A DNA stretch of 64,000 nucleotides from the IMG/VR virus record IMGVR_UViG_3300042691_011955; one strand, written 5' to 3'. This DNA is from an uncultured virus (IMG/VR IMGVR_UViG_3300042691_011955) (Duplodnaviria > Heunggongvirae > Uroviricota > Caudoviricetes). Below, piece by piece: positions 1-9,101 of the stretch. The position numbers and the translations under genes were made by a program. A model generated the notes under the pieces. It saw nothing but the letters and a program-made list of their open reading frames with translations, searched no databases and had not been told where the DNA came from. Each line of letters opens with the position of its first letter. Positions within the stretch are counted from its first letter, which is position 1.

Positions 1-48
1 TGGACGGGTAGAATATTCCATAACTCAGCCACTAACGGATTCTAATAT

Positions 49-765
49 ATGGCCAATCGCAAACAACATCTGTTTAATCAAATGGTTGCCGAAGGCAACA
101 TTACTGATCATTCCTTTGTACACAAGTTTGGTGCTGTGCCTGCTTTGAGCAACGCAGCCACAGGCAGTATATGGGATATCAACGACACAGTCTATCCTTG
201 GTCAGCGTTTGACACAGCAGGAGTTGTTAATCTAGATAGGGCTAGTACCGATGACGCTAACAAGATCGTTACAGTAATAGGACTAGATGCTGACTACAAT
301 GAAACACAAGAATCTATCACACTGACCGCAGCCAGCAACAACACTGGTACTGTGGTGTTCAAGCGAGTGTTTAGAGCGTTCGTAGCAGACGGCACTACAA
401 ATGTAGGCAACATTGACATACAACGAAATTCAACCACAGTGGCTCGTATCACTGCTACCAAAGGACAGACACTAATGGCTGTGTACACTGTACCTGCTGG
501 ATATACTGGCTATCTTTACAAAGGCACTGCTTCAGCACAAAGCGGGTCTGATGCCACAGGCAATATGTTTGTGAGATATTTTGGCGAAGAAAGTTTTAGA
601 ACACAGCACACCTTTGAAGTGGGCGGCACCGGTGGTCAATACACTTATGACTTTGCATTCCCGCCACCCATCCCAGAAAAGTCGGATATTGATGTGCGAG
701 TATCAGGTAGAACCAACAACGGCAGATACACCGCAGCCTTTGATTTATTATTGGTAGGGAATTGA
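49..765 (+). CDS. hypothetical phage protein, beta-rich, possibly virion-associated
   Basis: 238-aa ORF rich in G/T/A/V; no recognisable catalytic motif. Confidence 0.5.
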   Translation: MANRKQHLFNQMVAEGNITDHSFVHKFGAVPALSNAATGSIWDINDTVYPWSAFDTAGVVNLDRASTDDANKIVTVIGLDADYNETQESITLTAASNNTGTVVFKRVFRAFVADGTTNVGNIDIQRNSTTVARITATKGQTLMAVYTVPAGYTGYLYKGTASAQSGSDATGNMFVRYFGEESFRTQHTFEVGGTGGQYTYDFAFPPPIPEKSDIDVRVSGRTNNGRYTAAFDLLLVGN

Positions 766-766
766 A

Positions 767-1189
767 ATGTATAGAAAATACATAAACATAGTAGAAGCAG
801 CCAACAAGGGCTGTCCTATAGCGACTTATGACATAGATGTTAATCTAAAGAATCGTCAGAAAGCTATAGATGAGTATCACTATGGTCCTGCTAATCCAGA
901 CGAGCCTGAAAGTTATTGGAAACAAGCTGCCCGGCGTTGGAACATCACAGAGAAAACTGCCAAGACAATGCTGTGTGGTAACTGTGCTGCATTTGATGTA
1001 TCAGACAAGATGTGGAAGTGTATTGAAGATGGTGCTAAGGGCGATGAGCCCAGTGCTGATACTATGGCTACTATACACAAAGCAGATCTAGGCTACTGTA
1101 ATTTCTTACATTTTAAATGCGCTGGCACACGTAGCTGTACAGCGTGGGTAACAGGAGGAGCGATAGATGACAAAGACAGAACAGAATGA
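767..1189 (+). CDS. Cys-rich protein with HiPIP-like cysteine pattern
   Basis: CGNCAAF...GYCNFLHFKCAGTRSCTAW resembles the C-x2-C...G-x-C...C-x2-W spacing of HiPIP-type proteins. Confidence 0.5.
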   Translation: MYRKYINIVEAANKGCPIATYDIDVNLKNRQKAIDEYHYGPANPDEPESYWKQAARRWNITEKTAKTMLCGNCAAFDVSDKMWKCIEDGAKGDEPSADTMATIHKADLGYCNFLHFKCAGTRSCTAWVTGGAIDDKDRTE

Positions 1190-1325
1190 ATTTTTGTGCA
1201 ACCACTGTAGACATCCTGCACATTGCGGACATGGATGCTCAGACGAAGCCTGCGATCACTGCCCAGAATGTGCTTGCGTACATTGTCAAGCAGAACAGGA
1301 ACAAATTGAAAGAGGGTACAATTAA
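1167..1325 (+). CDS. metallothionein-like Cys/His-rich peptide (52 aa; not in ORF track)
   Basis: MTKTEQNEFLCNHCRHPAHCGHGCSDEACDHCPECACVHCQAEQEQIERGYN; 9 Cys and 6 His in 30 residues; SD AGGAGGAG at 1153-1160; stop 1 nt before the next ATG. Confidence 0.75.
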   Translation: MTKTEQNEFLCNHCRHPAHCGHGCSDEACDHCPECACVHCQAEQEQIERGYN

Positions 1326-1326
1326 A

Positions 1327-1473
1327 ATGCAAGATAAAACTCTAGCAGATTACATCAAAAGAACTTTTGAAAAACAAGAGAACAAAAATCAACAACCTCA
1401 ACCAGAGCAGTATGTAGTTAATCCTGAAGACGACGGCTCTGATTCAAAACAAAATCCATACAGTCAACATTAA
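1327..1473 (+). CDS. small hypothetical protein (MQDKTLADYIKR...)
   Basis: C-terminal part of track ORF 1186..1473; ATG 1327 follows GAGGG and the upstream stop. Confidence 0.55.
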   Translation: MQDKTLADYIKRTFEKQENKNQQPQPEQYVVNPEDDGSDSKQNPYSQH

Positions 1474-1479
1474 AAGATT

Positions 1480-1518
1480 AACCCCGGAAAGTATTTCTAC
1501 TAACCGGGGTTTCTTTTC
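1480..1518. terminator. hairpin terminator between convergent genes
   Basis: AACCCCGG...CCGGGGTT followed by a T-rich tail. Confidence 0.6.
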
Positions 1519-1566
1519 TATAATATTTTATTATATTGGGCTACGCCCTTAGTATATTTTATATTT

Positions 1567-1866
1567 TTACTTATGCACGCCTTGGTTCACAAAGTTGTAA
1601 AACTTTTGTGCGGCTTCTAATACTTTTTCAGTTCCTGGGATCTCAGGAAACGCAACTGTACTAATAACTTCGTTGGTCTTTGGATCACGCTTTGCAGTCA
1701 TTTCTACTTGTGCAAACTTTGCAGAATATTCAAACTCTGCCATTTGTTTTGCCATATCAAGAACTTGTGTTCTAATTTCGTAACCGTTCTTGTTGAATGT
1801 TACTTTGGGCATCGCTGCCTTAAACTGCTCTGCCATCTGTTCCGCTTGTTTAGTTAAATCTGACAT
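1567..1866 (-). CDS. hypothetical protein
   Basis: 99-aa ORF with AAGGAGA SD on the minus strand. Confidence 0.75.
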   Translation of the reverse strand: MSDLTKQAEQMAEQFKAAMPKVTFNKNGYEIRTQVLDMAKQMAEFEYSAKFAQVEMTAKRDPKTNEVISTVAFPEIPGTEKVLEAAQKFYNFVNQGVHK

Positions 1867-1951
1867 TTCATTTCTCCTTGTGTGTGTATGTCTTACATAT
1901 AGGTATGTTTTTCCTATATGCTATTATATATGCCTTTCAATAAAAAAGCAA

Positions 1952-2527
1952 CTATTTTTTGAACTTTTTTACTCGTTCTTTGATAATCTCTAGCACTTGA
2001 TTATTGAGAACCACTTCGTAATGATTGCACTCCGCCTCAATCAATTCCATGTCATCGTGATGTCGTTGACTAGCAATAGTAACAACACCATCATTGCGTT
2101 CTAGTAAGAAAGGACTTTGGCCTTTCACAGTAACAATGTTGGTCCAAGGATGTTGAATCTTAATAGAATTGGCTTGTTTCATTACCCATGAACTAGGTCC
2201 TATATCACGCATGAGTCTACTGAACGGCAAAAAATATTGGGCATAGTCTGCTACGGCTGCTCCTCCATACGGAGTACTCAACGTAACAGCACCCAGTACT
2301 TGATCAGGCATAGCATTGGCAATATGCAGTGCATATATACCACCCAAACTATGCGCTACAAATGCCATGTTTTCGGTAGTTGACAATTTGAGCAACATAT
2401 CTTTTAGATTATTTTCAAATCCATTACGACTGTCATAATCAATGTTTATGCCTGGTCCTAGCTTCTTTCTAATATAATTAAAACTTTCGCTAGTTGCATT
2501 AGCACCGTGAATATATACTAGGTTCAT
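1952..2527 (-). CDS. alpha/beta hydrolase (lipase/esterase-like)
   Basis: YIHG oxyanion motif, AHSLGG nucleophile elbow, NDGVV and C-terminal His. Confidence 0.85.
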   Translation of the reverse strand: MNLVYIHGANATSESFNYIRKKLGPGINIDYDSRNGFENNLKDMLLKLSTTENMAFVAHSLGGIYALHIANAMPDQVLGAVTLSTPYGGAAVADYAQYFLPFSRLMRDIGPSSWVMKQANSIKIQHPWTNIVTVKGQSPFLLERNDGVVTIASQRHHDDMELIEAECNHYEVVLNNQVLEIIKERVKKFKK

Positions 2528-2534
2528 GCAGTAT

Positions 2535-2657
2535 TTATTTGGCTAACATTAGATCTCTAGCTTCTTGGTGAAGTCCTTGTCTAGCTAAAGCAGCGGCAGC
2601 ACGGGCTTGCCCAATACTGATACCAACTTCATATAGAAAGTTGAGTAATTTTTTCAT
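2535..2657 (-). CDS. small helical protein (40 aa, MKKLLNFLYEVG...)
   Basis: C-terminal part of track ORF 2535..2870; AAGGA SD; ATGA overlap with the upstream ORF. Confidence 0.6.
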   Translation of the reverse strand: MKKLLNFLYEVGISIGQARAAAALARQGLHQEARDLMLAK

Positions 2658-2830
2658 AGATATTTTTCCTTTTGAGAAGTAAATTGTTGAATGTAAATTT
2701 CCAATTGTGCGGCATCGGTAATGCCTTTGGTGCTTAGATATGTATCTAAGCGATCTTGATACGTGGAATCGGGAAACATTTCTGCTAGCCGTTCCACTAG
2801 GGCTAACATAGTTTTTGATAAGGTTTTCAT
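2654..2830 (-). CDS. small hypothetical protein (58 aa, DUF3563-like; not in track)
   Basis: MKTLSKTMLALVERLAEMFPDSTYQDRLDTYLSTKGITDAAQLEIYIQQFTSQKEKYL; GAGGA SD; minus-strand TAAATA at 2874-2879. Confidence 0.65.
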   Translation of the reverse strand: MKTLSKTMLALVERLAEMFPDSTYQDRLDTYLSTKGITDAAQLEIYIQQFTSQKEKYL

Positions 2831-2963
2831 TTTCTTTCCTCTGTAAGTGTGTAGTGTTGCTTTGCAACATAATTATTTAGCATGCTCAGTAGAAACCATA
2901 ATATATATTAGAAATATTTTGAGTAAAATATTAGGGCATAAATATATGCTCAAGGAGAAACAC

Positions 2964-3350
2964 ATGGCTTACAGTAACAAAGTTATTGATCATTACGAAA
3001 ATCCTCGCAACGTAGGTAGCTTTGATAAGAACGATGCTGACATTGGTACAGGCATGGTTGGCGCACCTGCTTGCGGTGATGTTATGAAACTACAGATAAA
3101 GGTGGATCATGATACAGGTATTATTACAGATGCAAAATTTAAAACGTATGGCTGCGGATCGGCTATCGCAAGTTCGAGCCTCGTTACAGAATGGCTCAAA
3201 GGTAAAACCCTCGACGAAGCAGGAGCAATCAAAAACTCCGAAATCGCCACAGAACTAGCATTACCCCCAGTAAAGATCCATTGTTCAATTCTAGCAGAAG
3301 ATGCTATTAAGGCGGCCGTAAATGATTACCGTAACCGAAACAGCAAGTAA
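2964..3350 (+). CDS. iscU: Fe-S cluster scaffold IscU
   Basis: MAYSNKVIDHYENPRNVG, GAPACGD, YGCGSA, LPPVKIHCS; AAGGAGA SD. Confidence 0.97.
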   Translation: MAYSNKVIDHYENPRNVGSFDKNDADIGTGMVGAPACGDVMKLQIKVDHDTGIITDAKFKTYGCGSAIASSSLVTEWLKGKTLDEAGAIKNSEIATELALPPVKIHCSILAEDAIKAAVNDYRNRNSK

Positions 3351-3648
3351 GCGTATTAAGCAAACCTTAGAACGCCGAGGTAAAGGTGTAGGCATTCGTA
3401 TAGGCGTTAAGACCACAGGTTGCAGTGGACTTGCTTATGTGTTAGAATACGTGGACAACTACGAAGCTGAAGTTGGAGTAACTAATTTTGCTCATGATGG
3501 ATTTGTTGTTTTGGTAGATGCTAAAAGTCTAGCTTACCTAAACGGACTAACTATGGATTGGGTTCGCAACGGCCTAAATGAAGGCTTTGATTTTATTAAC
3601 CCCAACGAACGAGATCGTTGCGGATGTGGAGAAAGTTTTAGAGTATGA
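3322..3648 (+). CDS. iscA: A-type Fe-S carrier IscA
   Basis: TTGCSGLAY and [14 protein letters not shown]. Confidence 0.95.
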   Translation: MITVTETASKRIKQTLERRGKGVGIRIGVKTTGCSGLAYVLEYVDNYEAEVGVTNFAHDGFVVLVDAKSLAYLNGLTMDWVRNGLNEGFDFINPNERDRCGCGESFRV

Positions 3649-3968
3649 TAACAATAACAGAATCAGCACAACACAAAATAACAGATCTTCTATTAGAAGA
3701 AAACAACGATAAACTATCTTTGAGAACGTTTGTTCAAGGCGGGGGCTGTTCGGGCTTCCAATACGGATTTACATTTGACGAAGAAAAAAACGAAGACGAC
3801 TTTGAAATTCCAGTAGGAGAATTCAAAGTGCTAGTTGATGCAATGAGCATGCAGTACCTGTCTGGTGCTGTCATAGACTACAAAGAAGATATAATGGGTG
3901 CTTCATTCAGTATACAAAATCCTAATGCACAAACATCTTGCGGTTGCGGAAGTAGTTTCTCAGTATAA
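3645..3968 (+). CDS. erpA: A-type Fe-S carrier, ErpA-like
   Basis: [11 protein letters not shown] and [14 protein letters not shown]. Confidence 0.9.
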   Translation: MITITESAQHKITDLLLEENNDKLSLRTFVQGGGCSGFQYGFTFDEEKNEDDFEIPVGEFKVLVDAMSMQYLSGAVIDYKEDIMGASFSIQNPNAQTSCGCGSSFSV

Positions 3969-4022
3969 TTATTTGGCAGATAATTCTGTTGACATTATAC
4001 AAAAAGGTAGTAAAATAAGCGT

Positions 4023-4787
4023 ATGAAAATCACAATCGCAGGTTACGGTGTGCTTGGCCAAGCACACAAAGCTATATTAGGCCACAAACACGAACTCAGA
4101 CTAGCTGACCCATTGGTGTTAGGAAAGACTGTACAGGACTTTGCAGACGACACAGACGGAGTAATTTGTTGCGTGTCTACTCCTGCAAGACACAATGGTG
4201 CATGTGAAATGGCCAATGTTTATGATGTAATAAGTCAAACAAACAAATCTACACCAATTATCATTCGCAGCACTATTTCGATAGAAGGTTGGGAAATGCT
4301 AACAGAATCATTTCCTGAGCATAACTTAACATTTTGTCCAGAGTTTTTAAGATCCGATCATGCTGAAAAAGACATGTGGAGCGAGAACGTACTTTTTATG
4401 GGCGGCAGTGGAGTCGAGTTTTGGCATGATGTATATTCCAAAGCAATTCTAAATCTTAGTGTGGGCCGTATGGATCCAAAACTTTTAATAGCAGGAAAAT
4501 ATTTTAGAAATGCATTCCTTGCTACAAAGGTTAGTTTCTTTAATCAAATATTTGATTTTTGTAAAGCAAAAGATATAGACTATAATCTAGTAGCACAGCT
4601 GGTGGGAGTTGACCCAAGGATTGGTGGAAGTCACACAGCGATCACAGATGAACGTGGTTGGGGCGGACATTGTTTCCCTAAAGATACATCTGCAATTATT
4701 CATTCAGCTGAACGCGATAATGTAGATTTAAGTGTACTCAAACAAGCAGTAGAATACAACAACAAAGTACGGAAAACTCCTGAATAA
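4023..4787 (+). CDS. UDP-glucose/GDP-mannose dehydrogenase family, short form lacking the C-terminal domain
   Basis: GYGVLG Rossmann motif, RSTI, PEFLR, GWGGHCFPKD. Confidence 0.85.
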   Translation: MKITIAGYGVLGQAHKAILGHKHELRLADPLVLGKTVQDFADDTDGVICCVSTPARHNGACEMANVYDVISQTNKSTPIIIRSTISIEGWEMLTESFPEHNLTFCPEFLRSDHAEKDMWSENVLFMGGSGVEFWHDVYSKAILNLSVGRMDPKLLIAGKYFRNAFLATKVSFFNQIFDFCKAKDIDYNLVAQLVGVDPRIGGSHTAITDERGWGGHCFPKDTSAIIHSAERDNVDLSVLKQAVEYNNKVRKTPE

Positions 4788-4809
4788 ATAGTGTACAGGA
4801 GAAATTACT

Positions 4810-5667
4810 ATGTCTATTTTTGAAGGTGCCGTTTCCGGATTATCAGGTGTTGCTAATAAGTTAGGTTTCAATTTTTTAACTGGTAATATACCGTTAGTCC
4901 CTCCAGCTCCAATATATGTTGGTCTGCAAGTTCCAGAACTAAACAATGGCATAGGTTCCACAGGCCCTGCAAATCATACCGGCGGATTTTTTCTTAATAT
5001 TCCTAATCATTCTGCAGAGTTTGGTGACCTTGCAATACAGATGGCGCAAGAAGCACTTGTAACAATTGAACTTGCTGTTGCACTACAAACTATAACGGAC
5101 CCCGAAGGCGGAATAAAAATTAAAGATGCACTCGATCCTTATCATTACAATATTGTAAGAAATGCTCTAATAGAAAATAAAGAACCAGTCCCAACACCAG
5201 CCAATCCTGGAGCAACAATATTATCTGATCTAGGCGGCGCTATTGTAGAAACTGGTGCGCTGTCTGCTATTGTTAGTGGAGCGCAAGCTATGCGCACCGC
5301 GGGATTCTTTTCAGATTTTTTAAAATTTACTCCACAATTGTCTTTGTTACCTCCAGGTGGGCCAGGCCTTGGCGGCATAACCTTTAGCGGAGGAGTAGGT
5401 TTGCCAATTTTAACAGAAGTAGCTGGTGCTTTTCCTAGCTATTCATTACCCTTAAATATAATGAGTGCCGCAATAACTATGAAAACCATTGCGTTGCAGT
5501 ACATAACATCTCTTTTAAGAAACTCTATTGATGCGGTAGCAGGTGCGCTAATTCTTAAAAATGTGCTGGACGACTTTAGCGTTGCAGTGTCAGCTAATGC
5601 TATACAAAAAGCAGGCGGAACTCCGCCTGAGGCTACAGTACAAACAGGCGAAGACGGAATATTTTAA
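4810..5667 (+). CDS. hypothetical late protein next to PAAR, probably baseplate/tail-associated
   Basis: 285-aa G/A/P-rich ORF after TAAATA and AGGAG; coupled to the PAAR gene. Confidence 0.5.
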   Translation: MSIFEGAVSGLSGVANKLGFNFLTGNIPLVPPAPIYVGLQVPELNNGIGSTGPANHTGGFFLNIPNHSAEFGDLAIQMAQEALVTIELAVALQTITDPEGGIKIKDALDPYHYNIVRNALIENKEPVPTPANPGATILSDLGGAIVETGALSAIVSGAQAMRTAGFFSDFLKFTPQLSLLPPGGPGLGGITFSGGVGLPILTEVAGAFPSYSLPLNIMSAAITMKTIALQYITSLLRNSIDAVAGALILKNVLDDFSVAVSANAIQKAGGTPPEATVQTGEDGIF

Positions 5668-5936
5668 TGCCAAAGACCGCAAGACGAGGCAAAGATGTCG
5701 CTGGATCAACTATTATTTCTGGACGGTTAACTGTTATTGTTAACGATACACCTGTAGTAACTCTGGGTGATGTAATTACTCCGCACATACCCGGAGGCCC
5801 GCATAACGGTGCTGTGATAGTAGGATACGAGCCTACAGTTATAGCAGAAGATCGACCAGTTGCACGTCAAGGTGATGCTGCATCCTGTGGACACATAATT
5901 GCAACAGGGTCCGAAAATGTTATTACAGGAGTTTGA
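5667..5936 (+). CDS. PAAR-domain spike-tip protein
   Basis: TARRGKD, PVVTLGD..PH, PVARQGDAASCGH..ATGS.NV. Confidence 0.9.
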   Translation: MPKTARRGKDVAGSTIISGRLTVIVNDTPVVTLGDVITPHIPGGPHNGAVIVGYEPTVIAEDRPVARQGDAASCGHIIATGSENVITGV

Positions 5937-6000
5937 GTCTGTCATATGTACATATTCTTTCTGTGCATGTTACACTAAATAATACACTGGAGTGTAACAA

Positions 6001-6264
6001 ATGAGAAAGCGAACTAGAAGCATATTAGAAGAACTTAATAATCTTGGTCGTACCAAGGATAACGATCTTCTAATAGAAACATCAGGCAGCAATATCATAG
6101 AAAGTGCTATTAACTTACTTAATCGCATATCAAACACCTACGAAGCTGAAACTGCTGGAGAACTAGAACGTCGATTCATTAATGCAATTAAGAGCGGCGA
6201 CCCTCGTAAATTTAAGCGTGGCATTCAAAAAGTTATTGAGAGTAAACAAAATGAGATTGAATGA
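6001..6264 (+). CDS. hypothetical late protein
   Basis: 87-aa ORF after TAAATA (5976) and GGAG. Confidence 0.7.
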   Translation: MRKRTRSILEELNNLGRTKDNDLLIETSGSNIIESAINLLNRISNTYEAETAGELERRFINAIKSGDPRKFKRGIQKVIESKQNEIE

Positions 6265-7036
6265 AGGCGGTAACATCTTTAAGGATCCACAGACTAAGGA
6301 ACCTTTAACACAGCGCATCAACAGAGCCGATGTTGATCCTACTCTAGCTTGGCTTGAAAAAATTACAGGCATTCCACACAAGGATTTTAAATTAGGTAGC
6401 ACTGGTCGCAAAGAAACTTCTGGAGACCTAGACATTGCAGTTAATCAAGAAGAAGTAACCAAAGAAGAACTAGTACAAAAATTAGCAGCTTGGTGTAAGG
6501 CCAACGGTAAAGATCCTAAAGTATACATCAAGAAAAGCGGTATCTCTGTACACTTCCTAACACCTATTAGTGGCAATGAAGCAAGCGGATTTGTACAAAC
6601 AGATCTAATGTTTGGTGACCCACAATGGATGACCTGGAGTCTACGTGGATCCAGTGATGAGCAGAGTCCTTACAAGGGTGTACATAAACAGATACTGATG
6701 GCAAGTATTGCAAAAGCAAACGGATTCAAATGGAGTGCTAATGTAGGACTACTTGACAGAGACACTAATGAACTTATTTCTAAAGTCCCTGCTGAGATTG
6801 CTGTTAAGCTGTTAGGTCCCACAGCACATGTCGAAGACCTTGACAGTGTTGAAACTATTATTGGCAAGGCTAAGAGCTTGCCTAACTACGAACAATTAGT
6901 AGCAGATGCAAAAGAAACATTTGCTAGAGATAATTTAACATTGCCTGAAAGTACAGACATTGCACGGCTAAAACAATTAGCTGGCATCAATCTAAACAGT
7001 ACTGTTATGCTAGGCAACGGCATTAGGATGCGCTAA
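6251..7036 (+). CDS. Pol-beta superfamily nucleotidyltransferase-like protein
   Basis: LGSTGRKETSGDLDIAV (hGS...DhDh) plus third acidic residue in VQTDLMF; start re-set to ATG 6251. Confidence 0.7.
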   Translation: MRLNEGGNIFKDPQTKEPLTQRINRADVDPTLAWLEKITGIPHKDFKLGSTGRKETSGDLDIAVNQEEVTKEELVQKLAAWCKANGKDPKVYIKKSGISVHFLTPISGNEASGFVQTDLMFGDPQWMTWSLRGSSDEQSPYKGVHKQILMASIAKANGFKWSANVGLLDRDTNELISKVPAEIAVKLLGPTAHVEDLDSVETIIGKAKSLPNYEQLVADAKETFARDNLTLPESTDIARLKQLAGINLNSTVMLGNGIRMR

Positions 7037-8295
7037 TGAGATTCTACGAATTTAAAGAATATGCTACTGGCTCTAAGGGTCAGGCCAAAGGCAAAGATAA
7101 AATGCCAAAAGCCAAAGCGGGGCGTACTGATCATCCCTTGCATGGAAAACTTGTAGGTGAAAAGACCAACGAGTCGTTGCAATTAGATGAAGGTGCTCGC
7201 ATACAACACGCAGAAGATTTAATATTTTGGGAAGGTAGTGCAGGCGCAGTTCGCGCATTAGAAAGTCTAAAGAAATTAGAGACCGGAGGTCATAAGAATG
7301 TTACCATTAAGTGGGATGGTAGTCCGGCAGTTATTTTTGGACGTGATGAAGAAGGTAATTTTATCCTTACGGACAAGAGTGGTTTCACTGCTAAAGGTTA
7401 CGACGGAAAATCAAAGAGTGCAGAAGAATTAGAAGACATGTTCTTGAATCGTTCAGGCGGCAAGAACAGAGAAAATCCTGGATACGTAAAGTTTGCAGGT
7501 AACATGAAAAATATATTTGATAAGTTTGAAAGAGCTACAGACGAAAACTTTAGAGGCTACTTTAAAGGAGACCTGTTGTATTTTACAACACCTCCAGAAC
7601 AAGACGGCCGCTATGTATTCAAACCTAACGTTGTACAATATGCTGTAGATAAGAATTCTGATATAGGCAAGCGCATTGGCGCAAGTACTACAGGAATTGT
7701 AGTACATAGATTCGTTGATGAGATTGGTAATGAACGTGCATTAAAGCCGGGCGAGATTGACAGTATAGTTAACGGTCCTGAAGTATTAGTAGTACCTTCT
7801 GTAACAGCACAACGTCCTCCAGAAGTTGACGACTCTAGTTTAAAACAGCTAAGACAATTAATCAATAAAAACGCTAAAGCTATGGATACTCTGTTAAATG
7901 CAGAACAACTCAAAGCAGGACAGCTTACCGACTTACCAACAATCTTTTACACATACCTAAACTCAAAAGTAGATACAGGCATTAACAATCTAGCACAAGA
8001 CTTTGCAGGCTGGCTTGCATCTAGCAAAGTTAGCGAAGCAAAGAAACGTAAAGTGATTGAGTGGATCAACAAGAATGTATCAGGCTTTAATGCTCTATGG
8101 CAAGTAGTTGATGGAATTATGCGTGTTAAAGATGATATCATTGGACAGCTAGATCAACACGGTGCTGACATAGAAGCAAGTATTAACGGACAAGCCGGCG
8201 GTGAAGGTTACGTTCTAGCTCATCCTGAAGGCGATATCAAACTTGTTCCAAGGGAATTTTTTACAAAAGCTAACAGAGCAGTGGAGAGAGATTAA
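7036..8295 (+). CDS. ATP-dependent ligase-fold protein (RNA-ligase-like, DUF6267-type)
   Basis: motif I-like TIKWDGSPA, motif III-like FKGDLLY, motif IV/V-like GEGYV...IKLV. Confidence 0.65.
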   Translation: MRFYEFKEYATGSKGQAKGKDKMPKAKAGRTDHPLHGKLVGEKTNESLQLDEGARIQHAEDLIFWEGSAGAVRALESLKKLETGGHKNVTIKWDGSPAVIFGRDEEGNFILTDKSGFTAKGYDGKSKSAEELEDMFLNRSGGKNRENPGYVKFAGNMKNIFDKFERATDENFRGYFKGDLLYFTTPPEQDGRYVFKPNVVQYAVDKNSDIGKRIGASTTGIVVHRFVDEIGNERALKPGEIDSIVNGPEVLVVPSVTAQRPPEVDDSSLKQLRQLINKNAKAMDTLLNAEQLKAGQLTDLPTIFYTYLNSKVDTGINNLAQDFAGWLASSKVSEAKKRKVIEWINKNVSGFNALWQVVDGIMRVKDDIIGQLDQHGADIEASINGQAGGEGYVLAHPEGDIKLVPREFFTKANRAVERD

Positions 8296-8681
8296 TGAAT
8301 AGTTATCTAAAAGAATTTGAAAATCACCTAAATCAAATCACAGCAGAAGTACTAGATGACTTTGATGCTAGACCAGAAGATGATGGTGCAGATGCACCCG
8401 GCTTTAAAAATGAAACAATGTTTAATCAACTAGGAAAAGTATTAGATAGTCAAGAAAATCCTAAGCCTCTAAACACTGTTACTACCGACGACGGCAAAAC
8501 TTTTAAAGTTACAGCAGACCAAGCTCAAATATTACGTATGCTAGCAACCACTGACAAAGTAAAACCGCAGGTAAGAATGCAGTTTACTAAGGATATTCAA
8601 ACATCAAATGGTTTAACTGATTTTCTTGACATCAAAGACTATCACGAAATTCCAGCATTGTTTGTAAAGAAATATCTATAA
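8295..8681 (+). CDS. hypothetical protein
   Basis: 128-aa ORF, TAATG coupling. Confidence 0.7.
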   Translation: MNSYLKEFENHLNQITAEVLDDFDARPEDDGADAPGFKNETMFNQLGKVLDSQENPKPLNTVTTDDGKTFKVTADQAQILRMLATTDKVKPQVRMQFTKDIQTSNGLTDFLDIKDYHEIPALFVKKYL

Positions 8682-8682
8682 T

Positions 8683-9015
8683 ATGAAAGACATGAATTTC
8701 ATTAAGGGTCTGTACGAAGAAGGACTTGTTGAACAACACCTTGACGAAGACGCCCTAGACAGAATACGAGGTAGGCGTGTTGAGCGTCTCTCTAAACAAC
8801 GCCGTGTTGCTCTTTATGGTTACCTAGTTGGATTAGAAAACGCTATGAAAGCTACAAAGTTTGTTGAGCTTGCAGAAGAAGGTAAAAGTGTACCTAGTAC
8901 ATTCGTAGAAGGATACATGCCTATCATTGAAATGGTAGAAGACATAGTAAATTCTGGTACAGCCTACATTCAACAGCTCAAGTTACTGCATAAAAGAGCC
9001 AAAAACAAGAGCTAA
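8683..9015 (+). CDS. hypothetical protein
   Basis: 110-aa ORF in operon. Confidence 0.7.
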   Translation: MKDMNFIKGLYEEGLVEQHLDEDALDRIRGRRVERLSKQRRVALYGYLVGLENAMKATKFVELAEEGKSVPSTFVEGYMPIIEMVEDIVNSGTAYIQQLKLLHKRAKNKS

Positions 9016-9101
9016 TTCGCCTCTTTTTAATCAAAGTGCTAAATAATTATAACAACTTCTCGGAGCGAGAAGATGTGCATTTTTGATAAAGGAGAAATAA
9101 A

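Noticed and set aside
1186..1326. N-terminal half of track ORF 1186..1473
   Set aside because: The overlapping frame 1167..1325 has a strong SD and a coherent Cys/His pattern; the downstream gene more likely starts at 1327
2535..2870. Single 111-aa minus-strand ORF from the track
   Set aside because: Better explained as two coupled ORFs (2654..2830 and 2535..2657), each with an SD
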